Source of the DNA: Rebecca billardiae RCC1528
Taxonomy: Eukaryota; Protista; Haptophyta
Direction of reading: 5' to 3'
Assembly (NCBI GenBank): GCA_965240325.2
Contig: OZ251225.1
Span: 868,001 to 932,000, forward strand
Length of the DNA stretch: 64,000 bases
Of the stretch, positions 47,438 through 57,199 are shown one piece after another; the first letter of the stretch is position 1, and each line of letters begins with the position of its first letter. A model generated the notes under the pieces. The model did not search any database. It was not told the origin of the DNA and saw nothing but the letters and a program-made list of their open reading frames with translations. Made by a program: the position numbers and the translations under genes.

Positions 47438-48657
47438 GCCCAGGCGAGGCGTGCACGCACGAGGTTGTGTTCCTGGCAAGTGGCTCGCAGCGTACGTTCG
47501 GCGGCCGGCTGCACGTGCCGAGCAGCCGCCTGCGCGAGCTCGATGCACTCGTGGCCGCGCAGCACTTGGTGCACGGCGCGCGCGCGCCCATGGTGGTCGA
47601 GGCGCTCGGCGCGCGCGCGCGCTTCGTCGTCGATGTGGACTGCGCCTTCAGCACCGCGCCCTCCCCCTCGGACGTGGCCGCACTGCTCGTCGGCCTCTAC
47701 CGCGTCGCGGAGGAGCATCTGCCCGTGCCCGTTCCCGTGGCTGGGCGCGTCGTGTACGTCTCGGCGCGCGCGCCCAGCCCCGCGACCGCCGCCGGCTCGG
47801 CGCCGGGCGTGCGCCGAGCCGGGATTCACGCGACATGGAACGACTCGGCCATCGTCTCGGCCGCTGAGGCGGCGCGCATCGCGCGCGTCCTGCTCGACTG
47901 GGCGCGCTCGCAGCCGCGGCCGCCGTGCTGGCACAAGCTCGAGATCGACTGCAGCATCTACGGGGCGGGCCTGCGCCTGCCGTTCACGGCCAAGTCGGAC
48001 GGCGGCCCGCCCTACCTGCCGGCAGCCGTCGTCGCCGCCGACGAGCACGGCGCCGTGCGCTGCGCGTGGCTCGACGCGCTGCCTGCGCAGCACGCGCTGC
48101 GGCGGCTCGCGGCGGATGGCGCGCGCTGGCTCTCTCGCGCGCGGCTGCGCACCGAGCTGGTCGAGTGGAGCGCGCCGCCGCCCGCGCCCGGCCGACCGGC
48201 TGTGCCGGCGACGAGCGCCGCCGGTCGCGATGCGGCGGCCGGCGCGCGGCGCGCGGCGCTGGTCGGCTGGCTCAACGAGCAGCTGCACGCGCACGCACGA
48301 GTCTCTGGCTCGGCCGAGCGCTGGCCGCGCATCGTGCAGGTGTTTGCTGGGAGCACGGCGCACGGCCCGGTCGCGACGTGCTCGACCGCCAGCAGGTGGT
48401 GCGAGTGCAAGGGCGCCGAGCACGCGCGACGCACCGTCTTCTACTTCGCCAAGTCCGACGGCCTCGACCTGTGCTGCGCCGACGAGGCGTGCGTGCCAGC
48501 GCGCGGCGCCGGGTACGCGCGCGCCGTCTGCCTGCGCAGCATGCTCTTCTGCGCGGGCGGCGGCCGCACGGGCGCGCCGCCCCGCATCGCCGAGTTTGCC
48601 TCGCGCTTCCACGCCGCGTTCGCCAGCGGCCGTGCCGCGATGGGCCCGGCGCGTTGA
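47404..48657 (+). CDS. AEP-superfamily primase-polymerase (NCLDV A468R-like/PrimPol-type) with C-terminal Zn finger, 417 aa, intronless
   Basis: Motif I RFVVDVD, motif II GIHATW, motif III IDCSIY followed by GLRLPFTAK..PYLP, and C-H-C-C Zn ribbon SRWCECKGAEH...LCCADEAC. The N-terminal TH..GGRLHVP..VVE pattern recalls phycodnavirus primases. Confidence 0.82.
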   Translation: MAAGRAARSVARPGEACTHEVVFLASGSQRTFGGRLHVPSSRLRELDALVAAQHLVHGARAPMVVEALGARARFVVDVDCAFSTAPSPSDVAALLVGLYRVAEEHLPVPVPVAGRVVYVSARAPSPATAAGSAPGVRRAGIHATWNDSAIVSAAEAARIARVLLDWARSQPRPPCWHKLEIDCSIYGAGLRLPFTAKSDGGPPYLPAAVVAADEHGAVRCAWLDALPAQHALRRLAADGARWLSRARLRTELVEWSAPPPAPGRPAVPATSAAGRDAAAGARRAALVGWLNEQLHAHARVSGSAERWPRIVQVFAGSTAHGPVATCSTASRWCECKGAEHARRTVFYFAKSDGLDLCCADEACVPARGAGYARAVCLRSMLFCAGGGRTGAPPRIAEFASRFHAAFASGRAAMGPAR

Positions 48658-48919
48658 CGACGCGGCGGCCGTGCAGCGCGCATGCGCCCGCGCGCCGTCG
48701 CCGTCGCCGCCGCCGCCGCCCCGCCGCCGCCGCCGCCGCCGCCGCGCCCACCTCGCGCCGTCGGCCGACGGGCTCGGCAAACGAGGCGGCGTGCAAACAA
48801 GGACTCGGCGCTCGCGCCGGGGTCGGTGCGGCGCGACGCCACGCGAACCGCCGCGGTGCTCGCGCCCGTGCGCGCTCGCCCGTCCGCGGGCGCTCCTCGA
48901 GCCCCGCCGAGCGCACCGA

Positions 48920-49312
48920 GCGCGACGCTGCGCGCCGCGCGCCCCGCCGCCATTTTTTCACGCGGCCACGGACGAGCGTCCACACCGCCATCGTCGCGAG
49001 ACGCGGCGGCAGGTCGCTCGGGGAGGGGCGCGGGCGACGCGACTCGTGCTCGCGCCCGTGCGCGCTCGCCCGTCCGCGGGCGTTCCTCGAGCCCCGCCGA
49101 GCGCACCGAGCGCGACGCTGCGCGCCGCGCGCCCCGCCGCCATTTTTTCACCGGGCCGACGACGGGCCATGGCCGAGCGGCGCCATTGTGTTACGTGTTA
49201 CGGTGTTACAGCTGTAACAGGGGGGCCTCCTCCCGGGCCCGGCGGCCCGCCCGCCCCGGACCTGGACCGGTCGGCTCCCGGACTCGCCGCGCCGGACTTG
49301 TTACGTGTTACG
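48920..49312. repeat. Right arm of ~395-bp inverted repeat
   Basis: Reverse complement of 47043-47437; the 190-bp periodic unit extends further inward to ~48855. Confidence 0.92.
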
Positions 49313-50425
49313 GTGTTACAGCTGTTACAGGGGGCCTCCTCCCGGGCCCGGCGGCCCGCCCGCCCCGGCCCCGGACCGGCCGGCTCCCGGACTCTGCGCC
49401 GCGCCGGACTTGTTACGTGTTACGGCCGTGTTACAGCTGTTACAGGGGGCCGCTCCTCCCGCGGGCCCGGCCGCGGCCGGCCCGCCGGCAGCCCCGGACT
49501 CGGACCGGAGCCGGACTTGTTACGTGTTACGGTGTTACAGCTGTTACAGGGGGCCTCTGACTGGCTCCTCCCGGGCCGCGAGGCCCGGGCCCGCCGGCAG
49601 CCCCGGACCCGGATGACGCGCCGGAGTTGTTACGTGTTACGGTGTAGTACAGCTGTTACAGGGGGCCTCCCGTCCCGGGCCCGGCGCGGCCGGCCCGCCG
49701 GCAGCCCCGGACTCCGGGACGAGCCGGACTTGTTACGTGTTACGGTGTTACAGCTGTTACAGGGGGCCTCCTCCCGGGCCGCGAGGCCCGGGCCCGCCGG
49801 CAGCCCCGGACCCGGACGCGCCGGACTTGTTACGTGTTACGGTGTTACAGGCAATACAGCTGTTGACAGGGGGCCTCCTCCCGGGCCCGGCGCGGCCGCC
49901 CGGCCGGCCCGCCGGCAGCCCCGGACTCCGGGACGAGCCGGACTTGTTACGTGTTACGGTGTTACAGCTGTTCAACAGGGGGCCTCCTCCCGGGCCGCGA
50001 GGCCCGGGCCCGCCGGCAGCCCCGGACCCGGACGCGCCGGACTTGTTACGTGTTACGGTGTTACAGCTGTTACCGAGCCTGGGGCCTCCTCCCGGGCCCG
50101 GCGCGGCCGGCCCGCCGGCAGCCCCGGACTCCGGGACGAGCCGGACTTGTTACGTGTTACGGTGTTACAGCTGTTACAGGGGGCCTCCTCCCGGGCCGCG
50201 AGGCCCGGGCCCGCCGGCAGCCCCGGACCCGGACGCGCCGGACTTGTTACGTGTTACGGTGTTACAGCTGTTACAGGGGGCCTCCTCCCGCCCCCGGGCC
50301 CGGCGCGGCCCGGCCCGCCGGCAGCCCCGGACCGTCCGGGACGAGCCGGACTTGTTACGTGTTACGGTGTTACAGCTGTTACAGGGGGCCTCCTCCCGGG
50401 CCGCGAGGCCCGGGCCCGCCGGCCC
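49189..50425. repeat. Tandem array of 12 units of ~97-117 bp, each with four TGTTAC boxes (some degenerate)
   Basis: CCGGACTTGTTACGTGTTACGGTGTTACAGCTGTTACAGGGGGCCTCCTCCCGGGCC at ~49189, 49292, 49404, 49511, 49621, 49724, 49821, 49938, 50037, 50141, 50237 and 50346. Confidence 0.95.
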
Positions 50426-51282
50426 AGGAGTGCCGCCGCGGACCGACCGCGCCGCTGACTCAGGACGCCGACGGCGTCACGGCGGCGATGCGGCGCGCCG
50501 CCGCGCGGCCGCCGCCGCGCGCGCGCGCCTGACGCGCGCGCTGTCGAGCCGCAGTCCCTCGCGTGCCTGCGCTGGCGGGTGACCGGGGTGTTACCATCGC
50601 TACGGCCGACAGGGCCAAAAATCCCTATAGAAAACATTTCCCCTATGAAGGTAATATGGGTAGCAGAAACTCGGGTCCATACCCGACGGATGCGCAAGCC
50701 GCGCCCGGGCTGCCTGGGCAGTGAATGTGATGAGTGAACATTGGCGCAGGGCCGCAGGCGGTACTCGGTATGATAGTCCGGAGCTTCATACCTTACCCCC
50801 ATATTGCGGATGCGTTTCTGCTAACATGATGATGCATGATTGTAGTCTGGATACTTGATGATTGAAAGTACGTACTTTCATCATAGAATCACTCCAGTGC
50901 TTCCATGGGTGTTGCAAAATAATTCGCATCATTGATGACTTGCTGTTCGATTATTTTGTTTCACAAGCCGGGCGTTCGCTCGCTAGAGTCTATGATAGAG
51001 CTCGGTGTTGGAGTACCCCATAAACATTTAGCTCGGCGTTTGGAGATTCAGGCTCTCGGACTTATCACTCGTCTGAATCCAAGTCAGATATGAATCTCAA
51101 CCGCCAAGGTTGAGATCTGGTGGAGGTGTACGCCGTCCGGAGGAGCGGAGACGGCAGAAAAACGCAAGGACGACGAGACTCTGACGAGGCCAGACGTGGA
51201 ATCGTGGATACGTGCAACCCCCCGGCAGGCGGCCGGGTGGAAACGCGAAGGTGGAACCAGGGGCATCAACGCGGAGCGCGCA

Positions 51283-52431
51283 ATGCTCGCGGCTGCCCCA
51301 GCAGGCGCGAGCCCAGCGGCCGCGGCGCCGCGCTCGGGGGGGCACCCGTGCGCTGAATCGCTCGCGCACACGCGGGAGGCCTCGCCCGCCGGCAGCAGCG
51401 ACGCTCAGAAGGGCCCTGCCCTTGCTGCCCCGGGGGGGACAGTCAACCCGGCGAGCGGGCGGCGGCGCAAGTACGACATCAAGTACAAGGGCGTGTACGC
51501 GTGCAAGGTGTCCGGCGGGAACTACTGGCAGGCACAAATATCGGTCAATGGCACGACCCACCATCTCGGCGTCTTTGCCACCGCCGTCGAGGCCGCGCGC
51601 GCGTATGACGAGCAGGCGCGAATGCTTGGCCGGCGCCTCAACTTTGACACGCCCGCGGAGGCGGAGGCGGCGCTCGCGAGCGCAGGCGTGGGTGCGCGCA
51701 CCACCTCCACTGGGTCAGGAGGCGCTGGCGCTGCCGCCGTCGCCGCCGCCGCCGCCGCCGCCGCCGCGCGCGCCGCCGCCGCCGCCGACGGCGGCGCTTC
51801 TGCGAGCGCGGGGCCAGCTATGGCCTTCTGGTACCCGACACCGGGGCCACTCGCGCAGCCGCCGGTGAGGGCGCACGTGATCGCCGGGCCAGGCATGCCG
51901 CAGCACGCGCAGCCCTTTGGCGCGCGGCCGCAGCCAGTGCTGCCAGGACATCGGCGGGGCGCACACTCGCTGGACCAGCGGCTGCAGCCGCGCCAAGCGA
52001 TGGACGAGGCCCGGGACGACGCGCCGACAGCGCCGCCGACGCTGGCGCACGGCTTCGCCGCGCACCCGTCGTTGCATTCCGCCGCGCACGCAGGCCCCGT
52101 GCCGATGGACGAGGACGCCGTCCTCAACGCGCTCGCAGCGCATGCCGCTGAGAGCCAAGCGCAGGCAGGGGCACTCAGCCCGCCCGCGCACAGCGTCGAT
52201 GCTGAAGCGGGCGCGCGCTGGGTCGGCGTGCCGCTCAAGGCGCAGGAGCTCGCGGCCTTCTGGCAGGGCACGGGCGCGGCGCCGTTCAACCCGGCGCTCG
52301 CGATCATGTCCTCGAGCGGCGAAGAGGAGGGCGTGGCTGGTGGCACCGGCGTCCCCAGCCTCCCCGCCGCCGGGCCGATCTGGGACGCCCTGCGGAGGTG
52401 CGCCACCGAGCCCTCGGACGGCTCCCTCTGA
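51283..52431 (+). CDS. AP2/ERF-domain transcription factor, paralogue 2 (start uncertain)
   Basis: KYKGVYACKVSGGNYWQAQISVNGTTHHLGVFATAVEAARAYDEQAR..LNF. Confidence 0.85.
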   Translation: MLAAAPAGASPAAAAPRSGGHPCAESLAHTREASPAGSSDAQKGPALAAPGGTVNPASGRRRKYDIKYKGVYACKVSGGNYWQAQISVNGTTHHLGVFATAVEAARAYDEQARMLGRRLNFDTPAEAEAALASAGVGARTTSTGSGGAGAAAVAAAAAAAAARAAAAADGGASASAGPAMAFWYPTPGPLAQPPVRAHVIAGPGMPQHAQPFGARPQPVLPGHRRGAHSLDQRLQPRQAMDEARDDAPTAPPTLAHGFAAHPSLHSAAHAGPVPMDEDAVLNALAAHAAESQAQAGALSPPAHSVDAEAGARWVGVPLKAQELAAFWQGTGAAPFNPALAIMSSSGEEEGVAGGTGVPSLPAAGPIWDALRRCATEPSDGSL

Positions 52432-52896
52432 TGAGGGGCCCCGGGGCGGGGCGGGCGGTGGGCGCGGTGGCGCGGCGACCCCTGCGGCCGGGCTGCGCTG
52501 CGCACGCGGGGCCTGCGGCGGCTGGACGGGCTGGTGAGCCGCCAACAGCTGGTGCAGCTGACGCGCACCGCCGTCGTGTCCACCCACGTGAGTGAATGGA
52601 GGGCACTCTTCACGTTCGTCAGTATTTGACGCCCCGGTGTGTATATCCACTTCGGCGAGAGGTCTGGCCTCGGTCGCGCAGAGGACTGGCGCCGGACTTT
52701 TTGCGGAGCGCGCGGAGCGCATGCTGGCTGGCTGGCTGCCGACGTCGCCAGGCTCAGGCCGCACCACTGTCTGTGACTCAACACCGTCAAGACGACCGCG
52801 TCCGCTGCGGCGGCCCGCGTGTGAGTGTCCGGACCGATGCAGGCCCAGCCGCCGCGGCCGGGCGCGCGGGGGCCATACCCGCGCCTACGGATCACG

Positions 52897-52919
52897 ATAT
52901 ATATATATATATATATATA
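52897..52919. repeat. (TA)n microsatellite (another TA-rich tract at ~53497-53537)
   Basis: Read directly from the sequence. Confidence 0.9.
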
Positions 52920-53720
52920 CTACATAGCAGTTAACTAATCTGGCTGACTGCCGCCCGGGTCCCCCACGCGGCCTCAGGCTCAGGTCCAGGAGCCGTCTGA
53001 CGCGCGGGGCCCCAAGCGGCTTCGGGCAAGCGGGCCCGCGCCGGCGCCTCGAAACTCTCGGTCCGTCCACCTCCCTGAAAATCAACCCGGCCCCGTCCCT
53101 TTTTTCTTTGATCAAAGATCTTTTATTTGAAACGTGGTTAGGGCCCGCACTGCGGGCTCCGCACGCTGCGCGCTCCGCCCTGCACCGCGGGCGCCGCCAT
53201 TATATATCGATCTCGTCGGATTCAGAATATATAGTACATATGTGGTGTTATTGGTACAATAACTGAGTGTGTACGAGCTGCATGACGGAGGGGCTCGCTG
53301 TGAGGCCTCTGCACTCCACTTACCTGTTTCGTCGCAGCCGCCCTCGCAGAATTTCACCGGGACTCTTCTGCGGGTACGCCGCGGGTGCACGAGCAAAGTG
53401 CCCTGCCAGAGGGGCGGACGAACCAGCCATGCTGCTGCCCCTGGGCATTCGGCAAGTCATCGGCGCGAGCACCGCCTCGCTTCGTCGGATTCAGAATATA
53501 TAGTACATATATATATATATGTACTATATATATATATGTGTCCTCCTGCATGAAGAGCGACGCGACGCCATTGAGTATGGACGAACATCACCCACAGTCT
53601 GCGTGATGTGCATGCGAGGGCAGGTATTGCAGCATATATGCGAGCATGCAGCAAATGCCGATACACACCATGCCGAAATGGTGATGTATAAATATATACT
53701 TGCGCGTGGTGGGGATTTGT

Positions 53721-53889
53721 CCCTGGCTGAACGGGAAGAGCGACTGAGCCGACGGTGCCAAAGCTGCGCGCAGACTGCGCCAGCGTGTGGCAGCAAGGTC
53801 CCCCTGGCTGAACGGGAAGAGCGACTGAGCCGACGGTGCCAAAGCTGCGCGCAGACTGCGCCAGCGTGTGGCAGCAAGGTCCCTGGCTC
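53721..53889. repeat. ~81-bp tandem duplication (2.1 copies)
   Basis: CCCTGGCTGAACGGGAAGAGCGACTGAGCC...GGCAGCAAGGTC is repeated exactly. Confidence 0.9.
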
Positions 53890-54961
53890 AGGCAAGCGCA
53901 GCACTCACAGGCCTGACGACAAGGTTGTCAACCACAACGGAGGCTGCAGGGGCGGATGGCGGGTTTCGCAACGAGCACAAGCAAAGAACGCAGAGGAGAT
54001 GGCGGGACCTCGGGCTTTGCAGATGCGCAGGCCGAAGCAGGGGCTGCCGAGAGATGAGCAGCTCGGCCCGAAAGGTCGTGTAACCGATGATCGAGCGAGC
54101 CCTGCTAGGTGGGCTGCTTGATATGAACTTTGGTAAGTTGCCACGCCGACTTAAGATGACCTTGTATATGATCTCGAGCGCCGGATAGTGGAGAGGAGCG
54201 GGTACTTACAGAGGAGCCAGTGTGGTTGGCCGATATGAAAGGACCAGCGCCCGCCATGATGATGATAAAGGATAGCTCCGTGGCCGATGAGCTCCGGAAA
54301 TCGACTGCAACTACCTGCAGGACCTAGAAGACGATGGCGGCCCTTGTCCACCAGCTGCGCGTTGCCTTTCCAGCCTCCCGACACACTCGGTTATAACTCC
54401 GTTATAACGCCACATATACTACTCAGCTTATTGATGATGATTCCGCCCCGGCATCGCGAAGAGTTCGTCGATTCAGTATATGTGGACTGTACAGGCCGCG
54501 ACTGTGAAACGGAGTCGGATAGTGTATCATCAGCATCAATCGGCCCGAATCGGGTCCGAGCCCGACATCAGATTATTCATAATTCAGATTCAGTGACAGT
54601 GTCAGTGTCAGCACGGTGTCGACGCCGATTGTGTGGCGGAGTCGACAGTAGTAGTCTATATAATGTAATCGGACCACTCGTCGGATCAGCCCTGCTCGCC
54701 CTCGAGCGGGCCTGAATGCCTGATGCCCTCCTCGAAAGGCCCATGCGCGCGCCATGCGCCCCTGAGGCGGCCCCTGAGCCCCTGAGGCCTTCCTCCGGTT
54801 CCTCCACTTCGCCGCCCTGGCTGATATCATGACCGAACGCAGCTTGGGACGTATCGCATTTCACAGGCAGCGACCATCGGGCCAGCGAGGCCTCCATCGT
54901 CACGGCGGCAGACGCAAACACCGACCGAGGTTCCAGGGTGACCGTCGGCCATCCTCGCTCG

Positions 54962-56611
54962 TCATGACGCGTCGCCGCCATCGAGCTGATCATCCGCCGC
55001 GCGCGATGAGCGCACGCGCTCGAGCAGCTCGTCGACACTCGCGCCCGAGCGGTCGACGACGGCCCTGTCCGCGCCCGCCGCCACGAGGAGCCGCACGAGC
55101 TCGTCCTGGCCGTGCGTGGCCGCGAGGAGGAGCGGCGTGTCCTCGAACTTGGTGCGCGCCTCGAGTGCCGCAGCGAGCTTGGCGGAGCGCTCGCCGCCGA
55201 GCGCGTCGATCAGCATCCGCGCGAGCGACGCGTGCCCGAGTCGCGCGGCCTCGTGGAGCGCCGTCTCGCCCTTCGCGTTGGGCATGTCCGCCGGCGCGTT
55301 CGCGTCGAGCAGCGCGCGCAAGGCCTCCTCGCTCCCCGCGCGCACGGCGCCGATCACCGCGCCGTTGCCGCGCGCGCCCGCCGAGGCCGCGTCCGCGCCG
55401 CTTGCCAGCAGCGCGCGGACGGCCTCGGCGTGCCCGCGGCGCGCGGCGAGCAAGAGCGGCGTGTCTGCGCGCGCGTTGGGCGCGTCGAGTGGCACGCCTC
55501 GCGCGCCGAGGTCCGCGAGCATCGCCGCCTGCCCCGCGAGCGCGGCGTAGTGCGCCGCGCCCATCTGCTCGCGGTTCGTCGCGCTCACGGCCGCGCCCGC
55601 CCCGAGCAGCGCGCTCACAGTCTCAGCATGGCCGCCGCCGATCGCGACGAGCAGCGGGCTCTCGCCGCGGTCGTTGGCCGCGTCGACGGCCGCGCCGCGC
55701 TCGAGCAGCCAGCGCACCATCTCGAGCTGCCCCGAGCGCGCCGCCTCGATCAGCGCCGTCTCCCCCAGCCAGTCCACCGAGTCGACGCCCAGCCCCCCCT
55801 GCCCCACGAGCAGCTGCACGTCTGCCAGCCGGCCGTTGCGCGCGGCCAGCAGCAGCGGCGCGCCCTCGCGCGGGTCGTGCGGGTCGCGGGTGCGCTCGGG
55901 CTCGGGGTCGGTGGCATCGGTGGCGAACGCCGGGCTCAGGTGCGCGCGCACCGAGCCACCGCGCTCGATCAGCGCGCGCACCACCTCCATGTGCCCGTGC
56001 GACGCGGCGTCGAGCGCCGGTGTGACCGAGTCGCCGGCTGCATCTCCGTCGACAGGCGCACCGCGCTCGAGCAGGAAGGTGACGACGGCGAGGTGGCCGG
56101 CGCGGGCGGCGGCGGCGAGGGCGGAGAAGCCACGGCGCGAGCTCAGGCGCACGTCCACGCCCAGCCGCGCGAACTCCTCCAGCACCTCCACACGGCCCGC
56201 GCGCGCGGCGGCCAGCACCGCGTGCCCGTATCCGTGCTCATCCGCGAGGGCCACGTCCGCGCCTGCGCGGATGAGCGCGAAGCAGGTGTCCCACTGCTCC
56301 ATCGTGACGGCCTCGGAGAGGGCAGTAGTGCCTATGCTCGTCCGCTCGTTCACGTCCACGCCGCGCCCGGCAAGCCACTCCACCATCTCGACCTTGCCCG
56401 CGCGCGCGGCCTCGATCAGAATGGTCGACTCGCGCCAGTGCAGGTACACATCGTGGGAGGCGCCGCCCTCGACGAGCTCGCGCGCGCGCGCCCAGTCGTC
56501 GGCGCTGAGCGCGCGCTCGAGCTCCGTTTGCTCGCGCTGCTCGTGCAAGGGGTGCGTGTACGTGTGCTCCTGCGGCCGTGGTTCGCGCGGCGCTGTGTTT
56601 CGCGCGCGCAC
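54962..56611 (-). CDS. Ankyrin-repeat protein (5' end uncertain; possible upstream signal-anchor exon ~56690-56808)
   Basis: Many GxTxLxxAAxxGxxxxVxxLLxxGA repeats (GETALIEAARSG, ADTPLLLAARRGH, GETALHEAARLGH). Confidence 0.88.
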   Translation of the reverse strand: MRARNTAPREPRPQEHTYTHPLHEQREQTELERALSADDWARARELVEGGASHDVYLHWRESTILIEAARAGKVEMVEWLAGRGVDVNERTSIGTTALSEAVTMEQWDTCFALIRAGADVALADEHGYGHAVLAAARAGRVEVLEEFARLGVDVRLSSRRGFSALAAAARAGHLAVVTFLLERGAPVDGDAAGDSVTPALDAASHGHMEVVRALIERGGSVRAHLSPAFATDATDPEPERTRDPHDPREGAPLLLAARNGRLADVQLLVGQGGLGVDSVDWLGETALIEAARSGQLEMVRWLLERGAAVDAANDRGESPLLVAIGGGHAETVSALLGAGAAVSATNREQMGAAHYAALAGQAAMLADLGARGVPLDAPNARADTPLLLAARRGHAEAVRALLASGADAASAGARGNGAVIGAVRAGSEEALRALLDANAPADMPNAKGETALHEAARLGHASLARMLIDALGGERSAKLAAALEARTKFEDTPLLLAATHGQDELVRLLVAAGADRAVVDRSGASVDELLERVRSSRAADDQLDGGDAS

Positions 56612-57199
56612 CGCGCGCGTCGACCGTAGCCGGCGTCAGCAGCGCAGCGCGCTCAACGCGCGCGGGCGACGGGCAACGCACCCATCCATGCGCCACCAAT
56701 GATATTCACGTCGAGTATGAGCATGGTCACGCCATACGCGACCGCCAGCAGCAAGAGCAGCGGCAGAAGGGCCGACGGCCAACGCGGCCCGTCTCGACTC
56801 GCGGGCATCGTGCAGAGGATGAGGGAAGTCGAGACTCCGCCGCGTCCCGCGTGCGTGCCCGCGCGCTCCAGAGCGAGCAGCCGTGCGGTGGGCCCTGCGC
56901 TGTGATGCCTGATCGATGCCTGATCGCGGGACTGTCGGCATCGGCCCTGGCTCGCGTTGAAGTGCAGCCCTCCTAAAGCGTATCGTCTCTCTGACGAGAC
57001 AGCAGCAGATCCTGTGCGTGCTGAGTGAGCAAAGACGATTGCAACACTGTACTGGCAGGCCGTGAGGCTTATGCACGGCCGCCGCATGCTCGCTGTCGCA
57101 CCGACGAGTGGTCCCGTGTATTCTCGGCCATGCCCGTGCAGAGTTGTCCGCACGCGCCGCCCTGCAGGCTGCTGTCTGCCCCCTCTATGCTTAATGAGC

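Larger units (their letters stand above)
46747..50683. mobile_element. Fold-back/Mutator-like insertion carrying an AEP primase-polymerase gene, no transposase
   Basis: 9-bp direct repeat CGACGGATG at 46738-46746 and 50684-50692. Imperfect TIRs share a GGACCC(C/G)AGTTTCT core (46753-46766 / 50665-50678). Internal long IRs and TGTTAC arrays. Confidence 0.72.

Noticed and set aside
49189-50425. CRISPR-like repeat-spacer array next to a nucleic-acid enzyme
   Set aside because: The 'spacers' are not unique (two alternating types), the repeats are ~55 bp, there are no cas genes, and the context is eukaryotic. It is a tandem repeat.
47366-50458. 1030-aa ORF spanning the primase and the array
   Set aside because: Stop-free frame caused by extreme GC and repeats; Arg/Ala/Pro-rich with no domain. 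The motif-bearing frame is 47404-48657.
50700-50900. Possible C/D snoRNA (several TGATGA boxes) and the palindrome TGAAAGTACGTACTTTCA
   Set aside because: No well-placed CTGA D box with a terminal stem or recognisable rRNA guide; it cannot be supported by eye.
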